Program-made: the position numbers and the translations under genes
Part shown: piece by piece, positions 9,369 through 18,586 of the stretch
Layout: the number at the start of each line of letters is the position of its first letter
Numbering within the stretch: position 1 is the first letter of the stretch
DNA from: Methanoregula sp.
GTDB taxonomy: Archaea > Halobacteriota > Methanomicrobia > Methanomicrobiales > Methanospirillaceae
Direction of reading: 5' to 3'
Assembly (NCBI GenBank): GCA_035256445.1
Contig: DATEXZ010000070.1
Coordinates: 1 to 55,830 of the forward strand
Length of the DNA: 55,830 nucleotides
The notes under the pieces: generated by a model
Databases searched by the model: none
What the model was told of the DNA's origin: nothing
Seen by the model: the letters and a program-made list of their open reading frames with translations, nothing else

Positions 9369-9400
9369 ATGCAGGTGATTGGTACCTGCATCCTCATTTT
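9369..9400 (+). terminator. Putative hairpin terminator
   Basis: atgcaggt-gattggt-acctgcat, an 8-bp stem followed by a T-run, just after the stop at 9347. Confidence 0.4.
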
Positions 9401-9581
9401 TGCCTTCCGTTTGATGCCACCATTCTTGATGTGGTTCCACTTTTGAGAAAAACCTCGGCAATACTCTCTTTCATAATCGCCGGAAAAAAACACCAGCAGT
9501 GGCGATTAGAAGTGAAAGAATTTGCTGATGTGTTGAAATATGTTGGTAGATAATTCTGGTATTTTTCAAAAAATAGATAAT

Positions 9582-10769
9582 TTACACCGACTTCAAATCC
9601 ACGTGAATGTCGATGGTGCCTCTCGGGGTAGCCACGGTGCTGTTTTTGACCAGCGTACCATTTTTATATATGTCAACCGCGAGAACATTTCTTGATCCGT
9701 CCAGTTTCTCGACGGAAACATCAATCACCCCGTTAATTGTGGGAATCTGGTAAAACTGATCTCCTGTACCGCTTACCTGTCGCAATCCTCCGGAAAGACC
9801 GACCTGTCCCTCAAAATTTCCTTCATACCGGATCCTCACCCAGACACCGGTATCGGGAACCGGAATCACGGGCCGGGTTGAAGGTAGCGTAGTGATGAGT
9901 GGTGTGGGCGTTTGTTCAGGAATTCCTGTTGTCTGGGCACTTGTTGTCTGGACCGGGGTTACCAGGGTTGTTGCAGGGGGTGTTACCGGCAGTGTTGTAC
10001 CAGTAACCGTTCCCGGAGAGTCCTGAGGTGTTCCCTGCAGGCTGTTTGAATAGATAAGTATTCCTCCGGCAACTGCGAGGATAACGATCGCGATCGCCGC
10101 AATGGTGCTAAAATTCGGTTTACCCGCTGGAGCGCCGGCTGGATGGAAACGGGATGATAACGAAGTTTTTAAGGGTTCTTCTGCAGATTCCGGAACGGGT
10201 CCACCGGGTAACGGTTCTTCCGGAGTGGCGTCGCCCGGGGGTACCTCACCAGGTCTGGTATTTTCTGCCGGGAGAATCACTGCAAGTTCCTGCAGTTTGG
10301 GATTGACCTGGGGTGGTACACTCCCCGGGACATCTTCGGCCGGGGTGGCAATTGTGTCATCAAAGATGATATCGGTATCCTCGACAACGGGAGGATTTGC
10401 AGCCAGAGACATCTCTTGCCGGATCGACAGGACCTGTTCCTTGAGTTGTCTGACCCAGTCACTGCATTCCTGCTTTCGCTCGCCGCTGGTCTGCTGGGAA
10501 AAGACGAGTTCCTTTGTCTGCGTTGCACCCCCGGGAGTTGTCGCTGCCAGGGCAAGGGTGATAATCGGGTTACCGTAGGCATCCTCTCCGGGAATTACCG
10601 TCTCGATGGTCGTAAGGGGAATGGTCTGTGGCTTGAACTGGGCAAAGCCTGCATCGATGAGGATAAGGCGCTGGTTGGTGAGCATGACATCTGAAAGGGC
10701 AGAGTCGAATTTTAACTTGTGTGCTGTCAGAATAATAGATTCATCGCGGTTAAAGTACGGGGTGCCCAT
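9582..10769 (-). CDS. Single-pass membrane protein with N-terminal PH-like domain
   Basis: DESIIL...MLTNQRLILID...IPLTTI...ECSDWVRQLK (PH-like pattern), Pro/acidic linker, one TM, Thr-rich stalk, TGVWVR C-terminal domain; paralog of 11179-13164. Confidence 0.8.
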   Translation of the reverse strand: MGTPYFNRDESIILTAHKLKFDSALSDVMLTNQRLILIDAGFAQFKPQTIPLTTIETVIPGEDAYGNPIITLALAATTPGGATQTKELVFSQQTSGERKQECSDWVRQLKEQVLSIRQEMSLAANPPVVEDTDIIFDDTIATPAEDVPGSVPPQVNPKLQELAVILPAENTRPGEVPPGDATPEEPLPGGPVPESAEEPLKTSLSSRFHPAGAPAGKPNFSTIAAIAIVILAVAGGILIYSNSLQGTPQDSPGTVTGTTLPVTPPATTLVTPVQTTSAQTTGIPEQTPTPLITTLPSTRPVIPVPDTGVWVRIRYEGNFEGQVGLSGGLRQVSGTGDQFYQIPTINGVIDVSVEKLDGSRNVLAVDIYKNGTLVKNSTVATPRGTIDIHVDLKSV

Positions 10770-11178
10770 GATGCCACAGTCTCTGCATTAATTTGTCGTT
10801 CTCTTATGCAATATTCTTTCGTTGTACTCCGGTGTCTTTTGAGCGTGGTAGTGCAACCCGGAATTTCCTCTGAAACCGGTACCCGGGAAAGGTCACCGGT
10901 GATCCTCGAGAAAGAACTGAAGATAACCCGGCAGGTATCACCATTTCTGGAAGTGCACACCATTTCCTCTCCGGAAACATGTCTTACTCTCATCCTGGCA
11001 CTGTAAAGATAGTGACTGAACGTCCCCCCGGACAAAGGATGTGTGCCAGCGGAAAGCAGGGCTGCCAATGGTATGAAGGAAGTCTCAGCGATTGGATATG
11101 GTATTTTAAAAAGAGTATAAGGATACAAAAGATAACCGGATTCAGAAATACAATGCCCGCCCCCCGGATACAGTCTGG

Positions 11179-13164
11179 TTACACCGTATCGGAGATTGAC
11201 TGATTGATTACCTGACGTGTCCCGGTGCCCGGGTCAGGGACTGTCTGGTTACCTGCAGCACTTGTCTGGTTACTTCCAGGAGGGGTTGTCTGAGTGATCC
11301 CCGGAGTAATGATGCCGGGGGGATTTCCCGTCTCTGCATCTATCAGAAGTTCAATAACACCCATCGGGCTTGTAGTAGAACGACGGTGAATAATTTCACC
11401 GTTCCTGTACATTTCAACCGTCAGCATATTTCCTGTATTATCTGTTTTATAAATCTGAACCTGTACCAGGCGATTCTTTTCACCCACCTGGTAGAACCGG
11501 TCACCAGAACCTGTAACCTCCCGCAATGATCCCGGATTACCCAGTCGTCCACGATAATTCTGGGAATAATTTACCCGTACCCAGACACCCGTCTGGGGGA
11601 TCACGACCTGGGTTAGTGCAGACGTCATTTGGGTAGAGGGGGCAGGTACTGTAGTCTCCGGGATTGCCGGGTTCTGGACAGGGAAAATCCCCTTTTCAGG
11701 CGAAGTAAGATAGTCCGGATATAAAACCATGGCCCCCGCAATTCCGAGGATCAGAATAACTATCGCTATGATAATGGCTTTGTGAAGGTCCCGGAAAACC
11801 ACCGGTGAGGGAGGTGATCCGGGAGTATCAGGAGGAATATCTGCGGGCGGTTGTGTGCCCGGTTCCCCAGGTTCACTCCGCTCACCAGGAATCGTTTCTG
11901 ATGCTTCAGCTTCTTCTCTTTCAGTGGTTAGCTCAACAATCGCCTGTTCTTGTGGAGCTGAGAGGTATGTGGATGATGTTTTTTCCGGCTCATCCTCAGT
12001 GGGTGTCACTTCAGGATGTGTGGCCTGGAGGATTCTGACGAGTTCAGCAGGTTCTTCCGGAGAAGTCGGGAACTCACTGCTTTCCAATAAATCGGAAGAT
12101 AACGTATCTGGAATTGTTGTATCCTGCTCTTCCTCAGGTAGTATGCCATCAGGATGCGTGACACCTTCGCTCCCGATCGGTTCAACCTGTTCTTCCAGAG
12201 AGGCAGAGGACTCACTGTATTCATGAAGAGTTTGAGGTTCAGAGTCAATGATTATGTCCTGCTCTTCCTCAGGTGGCATGGCATCAGGAGGCGTGACATC
12301 TTTGTCACCGATCGGTTCAACCTGTTCTTCCAGAGAGGCTGGGGACTCACTCCTTTCTTGTAGAGTATGAGGTTCGGAGTCAGTGATTAAATCCTGCTCT
12401 TCCTCAGGTGGCATGGCATCAGGAGGTGTGACATCTTCGTCACCGATCGGTACAACCGGTTCTTCCAGAGAAGCTGAGGACTCACTGGTTTCCGGGAGAG
12501 TCTGAGGTTCGGTGTCCGTGATAATTTTATCCGACTTTTCCTCAATCGGTGTCACTTCAGGACGTGTGGCATCCGTGACACTGACTACTTCAACAGGTTC
12601 TTCCGGAGCCGGGGGTACGGGTTCATCATGGATTATGCTCAATTCGACAGGTTCAGGGTGGTTATCAATGACGGTTGTGTGGGGAGGTTGCATCTCGGGG
12701 GCGATTGTGTGTCGTGTTACAGGCCGTATTCCGATGCCCTGTTCAGGTGTGATCGTCTTCGACCCGATCGTCTCCTGGCGAACCCCCACGATACGTTCCA
12801 TAAGATTTTTCAGCCATTCATCGCGTTCCCGGTCTCTTTGCTCACCAGGATATTGGGAAAAGATAAGATTCATCTGCCCTGATCCTGTCAGGCTGGTATC
12901 GGAAAAGTAGAGGGTAATGACCAGGTCACCAGTCGAAGTCTTTCCGCCCTTCACCGAAAGTATCGCAAGAAGCGGGATCTTCTGCGGCTGGAACTGGGAA
13001 TACCTGACGTCAACAAGGATGAGGTACCGTGTGGTGAGCAGTACATCATACTGTGCAGAGTTGATGCTGACCCTGTCGGTTGTCAGGATAATGGATTCGC
13101 CGCGCTCAAAGTAAGGACTTTCCATCGAACTACATTCCTGGATATAGTGTGATATTTGTAGCAA
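11179..13164 (-). CDS. Single-pass membrane protein with PH-like domain and acidic 45-aa repeats (probable start 13125, MESPYF)
   Basis: Same architecture as 9582-10769 (MESPYFERGESIILT vs MGTPYFNRDESIILT; TGVWVRV vs TGVWVRI). Confidence 0.8.
   Translation of the reverse strand: MLQISHYIQECSSMESPYFERGESIILTTDRVSINSAQYDVLLTTRYLILVDVRYSQFQPQKIPLLAILSVKGGKTSTGDLVITLYFSDTSLTGSGQMNLIFSQYPGEQRDRERDEWLKNLMERIVGVRQETIGSKTITPEQGIGIRPVTRHTIAPEMQPPHTTVIDNHPEPVELSIIHDEPVPPAPEEPVEVVSVTDATRPEVTPIEEKSDKIITDTEPQTLPETSESSASLEEPVVPIGDEDVTPPDAMPPEEEQDLITDSEPHTLQERSESPASLEEQVEPIGDKDVTPPDAMPPEEEQDIIIDSEPQTLHEYSESSASLEEQVEPIGSEGVTHPDGILPEEEQDTTIPDTLSSDLLESSEFPTSPEEPAELVRILQATHPEVTPTEDEPEKTSSTYLSAPQEQAIVELTTEREEAEASETIPGERSEPGEPGTQPPADIPPDTPGSPPSPVVFRDLHKAIIIAIVILILGIAGAMVLYPDYLTSPEKGIFPVQNPAIPETTVPAPSTQMTSALTQVVIPQTGVWVRVNYSQNYRGRLGNPGSLREVTGSGDRFYQVGEKNRLVQVQIYKTDNTGNMLTVEMYRNGEIIHRRSTTSPMGVIELLIDAETGNPPGIITPGITQTTPPGSNQTSAAGNQTVPDPGTGTRQVINQSISDTV
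12122..12526. repeat. In-frame tandem repeat, 3 x 135 bp, with degenerate flanking copies
   Basis: tcctgctcttcctcaggt begins at 12122, 12257 and 12392; ggtgtcacttcagga.gtgtggc recurs at about 12002 and 12548. Confidence 0.9.
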
Positions 13165-13803
13165 TATGCTTTAAAGCTGAATATAACTGTAATCTCCAGT
13201 GCATCCGGTTTTTTTCCCTATACATGGTCAATAGCTGGACAGATCGTATGTGTACAGAAGTGTAGGCAAAAGAAAAAAACGTATATCCCCACGATCAGAG
13301 GTCGAAACAGGGCCGCTATCAGGAAAGGAATGACTAAAATCCGGAATTTTTTTCCGTTTCCTGAATTATACAACCCGGTTCATATCCCGCAGGCACAAAT
13401 AAAGTGCAAGCTATCTGTCCAGTGTCATTTCGAAACCCCTTCATTTCCATTGGAATGAGACGGAAAATACCGCTTATTTCTACCAAAACAGACAGAAATA
13501 ACGATTTTATGGTGCTCGCTCTGACACTGTCCCAGCATATTAAAATGTGGATCCGTGGTGTTAACGTTGTTAACATTCAGCAATGTTACTTCGGATTCAA
13601 TGAACATCATGCCCTTGGTGTTCCCTTGGGCCGAATCTACCAGCTAGACAATATCTGGAGCGAAAAAACCGGTTTTTTAAGAATTCAGCTTCTGGTTTTC
13701 CTCTATCTCTCAATTTGGTACAGTTCCAACCCGACAGAATTGACCGGTAGCAACGATTATTCCCCTTTGAATGCACACTGTTGACGCAGCATAAGGTGAC
13801 AGC

Positions 13804-14046
13804 ATGCTCACGAGCCATGAACTTCTCTTAAAATTCTGGCACGACCCGCGGTATGTTTTTTCTGAAGTTCAGGTTGACTATGTTGACCGTGGTGCACCCG
13901 ACGATCGCTCGACCGTCAGCGGCAGGGATATCCGAATCCTTGATGCCTACTACTTTGAAATCGCAACGGATCAGCATGTAAAATATATTCCCTACCATCG
14001 CATTCGGAAACTCAGGTATGAAGGCACTACCCTCTGGGAGAGATAG
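13804..14046 (+). CDS. DUF504 / MJ1316-like small protein
   Basis: YVDRGAP...IPYHRIRK motif; AGGTGA RBS. Confidence 0.85.
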   Translation: MLTSHELLLKFWHDPRYVFSEVQVDYVDRGAPDDRSTVSGRDIRILDAYYFEIATDQHVKYIPYHRIRKLRYEGTTLWER

Positions 14047-14280
14047 TAACAGGAAGTGTATCATCTGCACTTTTTTGGATTTATCATGATTAATTATTTA
14101 TAATCCGGATTCCATCTATCATGTAATGTATCTGTCCTTCTTCAGCAAGACAATCCAGCCCGGGAAGGTACATGCCGCTCATGGTAAGCGGCAGCCGTTT
14201 TTTGTAGAGTAACTGCATGAAGTTCTGTCGGCATTCCGGCGGAAACGTATAGATTTCTGACAAATGGTTTGTGGTGAAAC

Positions 14281-14727
14281 ATGGGTATGATCGCAGAAAG
14301 ATCGGTTGATGAGTGGTACAGTTCCCTCCCGAAAACAAGCGGGATCTACCGTCTTATCAATGGAACTATGGATGACAGGGACAAAAAAGAAAGAATCCGG
14401 GCAGTGATCGCCTTAGGGGAAAGTGATGATCCCCGGGCAGTCCGACCGCTCATGGATTGTTGCACTGATAAAGACCCGCTGATCAGGTTGCATGCAACCG
14501 AAGCACTGTTTAAGCTGAGAAGCGGGAGAGCAGTTTCCGTGCTCGTCGAGAGGCTCAGAGACAGGAATGAACAACTGGCAACACGGGAGCGGGCTGCCGC
14601 GGCACTGGCTGCGGTCCGGAGCTTTACCGCGATCGAGGGACTCAGGGATCTCTACTCTGACACTGATGAGGATCCTGCTCTCCGGTCCTTCGTGGCTGAA
14701 GAGCTGCACCGGATTCGTATACGGTAA
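14281..14727 (+). CDS. HEAT-repeat (PBS lyase-like) protein
   Basis: RIRAVIALGE..DPRAVRPL...D....IRLHATEAL...RERAAAALA repeats. Confidence 0.85.
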   Translation: MGMIAERSVDEWYSSLPKTSGIYRLINGTMDDRDKKERIRAVIALGESDDPRAVRPLMDCCTDKDPLIRLHATEALFKLRSGRAVSVLVERLRDRNEQLATRERAAAALAAVRSFTAIEGLRDLYSDTDEDPALRSFVAEELHRIRIR

Positions 14728-15064
14728 ACCCGCCAAACCACCGGGAGCGATAATTTTTCCTTGCATTGGAAACGGGGCAACCATGAAAGGAAAAAAACCC
14801 TGTAAAAAATGGGCATCCGCAAGATTATTTTTTTAAGGAAGCCACTTCGGGGTCACAGGGAATGCTTCCTGTCTGATGTTGTGCGTTTGTCACCGGATGG
14901 GTCTGATCTCATGAAGATTTCGCAGACATCCTTCCCGTGAAGGGTTGTCTCACCGGCAGGAAATCAGATTAACTGTCGTCATGTAATCGACCCGATGTTG
15001 ATTCCGGCCCGATATTTACGGTAACGAAACTTTAACAATCTTTCCTATCGTAGCTAATGGCACT

Positions 15065-16306
15065 ATGTGGAAGGCAGTCGGGATCGATGCATGGCTCGCT
15101 GGCCGGAAGTCAAGCCTTGAAGATGCGCGGGTCACTGTTACCGAAATCATCGAGCGGGTAAGAAAGAACGGCGATACCGCATTACGGGAACTCTCGCGCC
15201 ACTATGATCTGAAGGAAATTGCAGTATCGGATGAGGAGCGTGAATCGGCTTATGACGATGTCGACACGCAGATTGTCGAGAGCCTCATTGAAGCCCACGC
15301 ACGCATTGAACGCTTCCATGAACTCCAGAAGCCAAGGGATCTCTGGCTCCAGGAAATGGAGCCCGGGATCGTTCTTGGGGTTAAGACGACCGCACTGGAC
15401 CGTGTTGGTATCTATGTGCCTGGCGGGCGTGCGCCTTACCCCTCATCTGCCCTCATGTGTTCCGTGCCAGCCAGGGTGGCAGGTGTCCGTCAGATCTGTG
15501 CCTGTTCTCCCCCGCCCATTCATCCTATGACCCTCGTCGCGCTGGATATCGCCGGAGTTTCTGAAATCTACCGTTCCGGTGGTGCCCAGGCGATCGCTGC
15601 CATGGCGCTCGGTACCGAAACGGTCAAACCTGTACAGAAAATTGTCGGGCCGGGAAATGTGTACGTGACTCTTGCAAAGATGATGCTCCGCGAAAATGTT
15701 GAAATCGATTTCCCGGCGGGTCCCAGTGAAATCGGAATTATCGCCGACCACACGGCTGATCCCCGGATTGTCGCCTCCGATGTGCTCGCACAGGCAGAAC
15801 ATGACCCGAATGCAGCCTGCATCCTGATCACCACGGACAGAAACCTTCCGGTAAAAGTCGGACACGAGATAACCCGTCTCCTCGCCAGCGCACCCAGAAA
15901 GGAGATCATAGAAAAAGCCCTCAATAATTCGGGGTATACGATTGTCGCAGATATGGACGAAGCGATAGCCGCATCGGATATGGTTGCCCCCGAGCATCTC
16001 TCGATCCAGGTGGAAGATCCATTATCCGTGGTTACACGAGTGAAAAACGCCGGTGCAATCTTTGTCGGTAAGTATTCCGCGGTTGCCTGCGGGGATTATG
16101 CCGTGGGTACGAACCATGTGCTGCCGACTGCGGGGTACTCAAAAATGTATTCGGGACTCGATGTTGCACACTTCTGCAAGACAGCATCGGTTGAGATACT
16201 TGATAAAAATGGTCTTGAGTCGATTGGAGATATTGTCGAGACCCTTGCAGAGGCAGAAGGTCTGCATGCCCACGCCCAGTCTGTTAAACTACGGCGGCTG
16301 TGTTAA
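15065..16306 (+). CDS. hisD: Histidinol dehydrogenase
   Basis: GIYVPGG, GGAQAIAA, GPGN, AGPSE, AQAEHD, APEHL, GTNHVLPT motifs. Confidence 0.97.
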   Translation: MWKAVGIDAWLAGRKSSLEDARVTVTEIIERVRKNGDTALRELSRHYDLKEIAVSDEERESAYDDVDTQIVESLIEAHARIERFHELQKPRDLWLQEMEPGIVLGVKTTALDRVGIYVPGGRAPYPSSALMCSVPARVAGVRQICACSPPPIHPMTLVALDIAGVSEIYRSGGAQAIAAMALGTETVKPVQKIVGPGNVYVTLAKMMLRENVEIDFPAGPSEIGIIADHTADPRIVASDVLAQAEHDPNAACILITTDRNLPVKVGHEITRLLASAPRKEIIEKALNNSGYTIVADMDEAIAASDMVAPEHLSIQVEDPLSVVTRVKNAGAIFVGKYSAVACGDYAVGTNHVLPTAGYSKMYSGLDVAHFCKTASVEILDKNGLESIGDIVETLAEAEGLHAHAQSVKLRRLC

Positions 16307-16439
16307 CGACAGGAAACTCTCTGTTCTTTTTTTAATTATTGATCTTTTTTTTGAATGTGAGAAAACTCATTTATGGGAAGAAGCATCACCGGACGTATCC
16401 CAAAGAGTGTCTTTTGCAAGGAATTATACATCAAACCTA

Positions 16440-16570
16440 AAATTGAAATTTTTATGATAGCAACCCGCCTCAGGGCCTCTCCGAGGCACGGCGGGGCAGA
16501 ATGGTTTTAATAGCTTGCAGTTACTGACCCGTCGGGGGGGCGTCCCTTCGGGGGCGGCGGCGTTTATCAT
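16440..16570 (+). repeat. Dispersed structured intergenic repeat, family B copy 1
   Basis: Aligns with 22230-22360 (tctccgaggcacggc.gggcaga...cagttactga.ccg.cg.gggggcgtcccttcggg.gcggcgg). Confidence 0.85.
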
Positions 16571-16697
16571 TTTTGAAGAGAGAGGTTAACCTCTTCAACC
16601 AATATAAAAAAATTAATATTTCACGTATCGGGGGTCCGAATTCTGGTTTATTTTCGTTACGACAGAAAGTAGATCAAAGTGAGGCGTTTTATTCCCT

Positions 16698-17234
16698 TTA
16701 TGTCTCTTTTCCCGTTCTGTATCGCCAAAGCCCCAGGGTCGTCACCAATCCCATCGCAATAAGCGGGAGTGCAGGTTCAAGCGGTGTCCGGGTTGCCGGC
16801 TTATCAGACGGCAGAAACTCAATATCCACGGTTGCATAATCACCGCTCGAATATCTCAAACGATCGAGGGGGGAACTTTCGACATATATGGTGTATTTTC
16901 CGGGTTCCAGGGTTCCAAGAATTACCGAGGTATCCCACGTGTATGTCCAGCTGCCATCACTCAGATTTACCGGTGCGGTGGTGAACAATCCGCGCCCGGC
17001 GGGTATATTCAGATTGTCGAGGGTTACACCTCTAACGTCAAGTTCCGGTCCTGTCACGAACAGATAGACCGCGATCGTGGTAATTCCCGAAACTGTACCG
17101 TTGAGCATAACAACGTCACCGATGTGCGCCTGCTGCGGGGATGCAGAGATGGAAAGGACTGTTGAAGCCGCAACAGGAGTGCCCATCACTCCAAGCAATG
17201 CAGCGGTAAAAAAAAGAAAGCACACCCATCGCAT
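16698..17234 (-). CDS. Exported surface protein with C-terminal TM/sorting signal
   Basis: Signal peptide; VYLFVTGP.L...GV.LDN domain shared with 40370-41365; C-terminal TPL...hydrophobic...RYR. Confidence 0.8.
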   Translation of the reverse strand: MRWVCFLFFTAALLGVMGTPVAASTVLSISASPQQAHIGDVVMLNGTVSGITTIAVYLFVTGPELDVRGVTLDNLNIPAGRGLFTTAPVNLSDGSWTYTWDTSVILGTLEPGKYTIYVESSPLDRLRYSSGDYATVDIEFLPSDKPATRTPLEPALPLIAMGLVTTLGLWRYRTGKET

Positions 17235-17284
17235 ACCGGTACGTGTACATTTACTATGTAAAATAGTTTCATGCTTATGCGGTA

Positions 17285-18586
17285 TCAGAATTTAACCACC
17301 ATGACTGCCTCTTCCTCTTTTTTCAGCTCAATTTCAAGGTGTTCGGAATCGAAATCATATCCCTCTGCGGGATTGTAATCCTCGTAGAGTTCACACTTGT
17401 CGAGCACATCGATGAACTCTTTTAAGAATATCCGTGGTATTACGTCCACCCTCCCACCGAACCGGGTCGTGATCTTCTTGATCATCGCACGGATAAACCG
17501 GTGCGAAACCCGCTCCCGGTCGGGTTCCGCATATGCCTGGGCATAGACGTCCAGCACCTTGAGAGCGACCAGTTCAAGTTTTGCCGTGTCAAACTTTGAG
17601 AGAATAATCTGGGGCTGCCGGGGATTGCGGTAGCTGTCCGTCTGTACCACGCTGATCCGATCGTAGAGCGGGGGGACGGACCGGATACCCCGTGAGCCGT
17701 CATACATGGCAGGAGTTCCGGTAAAGAGGAAGTAACAACGGGGCATATCGCCCCGGTCGAGTGCATCGATAATCTGTACGAGTGTCTGGTACCCCTTCTC
17801 GCGCTGGTTGCGCTGGAGTCCCTGGGTTGTTTCCATCTCGTCAACCGCAATCGCGATCCCGCGATATCCGGCCCCGTGGATGACAGCTACAAGTCCCCGG
17901 AGGAAAATAAAGGCAATCGTGTCATCGATATCGCCACGGATCCCGGCCCTCTGCTTGAAGTCCCTCCCTATATTGGGTTCTGCGGATATCCACCCCAGTG
18001 CAGACTGGCCTATCTGGAACTCACCGGCATTGTTCGCCTTATAATACGTGCGTAACGCGGCGGCAAGCGCAGTGTTGACTTCGCTGATGCCTGAAAGGGC
18101 GGCCTCAATCTCACGCTCGGTCGCGGCTTCAAGAGCAGCGTCCTCAACCGGCCCACCGCTCACCGAGATGAGCCGCTCTTCGATGGAATAGAGCCAGGTA
18201 TCGACGATTGTTTTGATTGCATGCTCTTCTTCGCTCGTCCTGAGGTTCGCGCAGATCTGCTGGTATATCCCCTTGAGTTTATAGAGTGGTGTTGAGGAGG
18301 ATATGACCACATGCGAGGTAACAAAACCCTTGTTGCGTGCGATCTCGAGAGCCCGTGCAACAAGGAAGGTCTTGCCGCTCCCGTATTCGCCCCGTATAAA
18401 TTTGGTGTCCCCACCCCCCTGGGCCACGTAATCCAGCTGTTTCCCGATCGCATTCTCTTCGACATCCAGCCCGACAGCGATCCGCTCAAGTCCGCTTGCG
18501 GGTACTGTCCCCCGTCGTAAAGCATTGATGATATTGATGCTTTCGAGCCTGCGGCGGTCCATCTGTTCAGGTTCCGGTATATTCAT
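17285..18586 (-). CDS. BrxD/DUF2791-family P-loop ATPase
   Basis: IINALRRGTVPASGL..IAVG, Walker A GEYGSGKTF, Walker B IAVDEME, PPLYDRI, PRIFLKEF..VLD, all characteristic of BrxD/DUF2791. Confidence 0.88.
   Translation of the reverse strand: MNIPEPEQMDRRRLESINIINALRRGTVPASGLERIAVGLDVEENAIGKQLDYVAQGGGDTKFIRGEYGSGKTFLVARALEIARNKGFVTSHVVISSSTPLYKLKGIYQQICANLRTSEEEHAIKTIVDTWLYSIEERLISVSGGPVEDAALEAATEREIEAALSGISEVNTALAAALRTYYKANNAGEFQIGQSALGWISAEPNIGRDFKQRAGIRGDIDDTIAFIFLRGLVAVIHGAGYRGIAIAVDEMETTQGLQRNQREKGYQTLVQIIDALDRGDMPRCYFLFTGTPAMYDGSRGIRSVPPLYDRISVVQTDSYRNPRQPQIILSKFDTAKLELVALKVLDVYAQAYAEPDRERVSHRFIRAMIKKITTRFGGRVDVIPRIFLKEFIDVLDKCELYEDYNPAEGYDFDSEHLEIELKKEEEAVMVVKF

Noticed and set aside
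10727-11128. 133-aa ORF between the PH-like paralogs
   Set aside because: Non-ATG start, overlaps the downstream gene start, and has atypical composition.
12122-12526. CRISPR array
   Set aside because: The repeats are contiguous 135-bp in-frame coding units with no unique spacers, and no cas genes are present.
17285-18586. Complete BREX system
   Set aside because: No pglZ, pglX, brxC or helicase genes in the window; only the BrxD-like ATPase is present.
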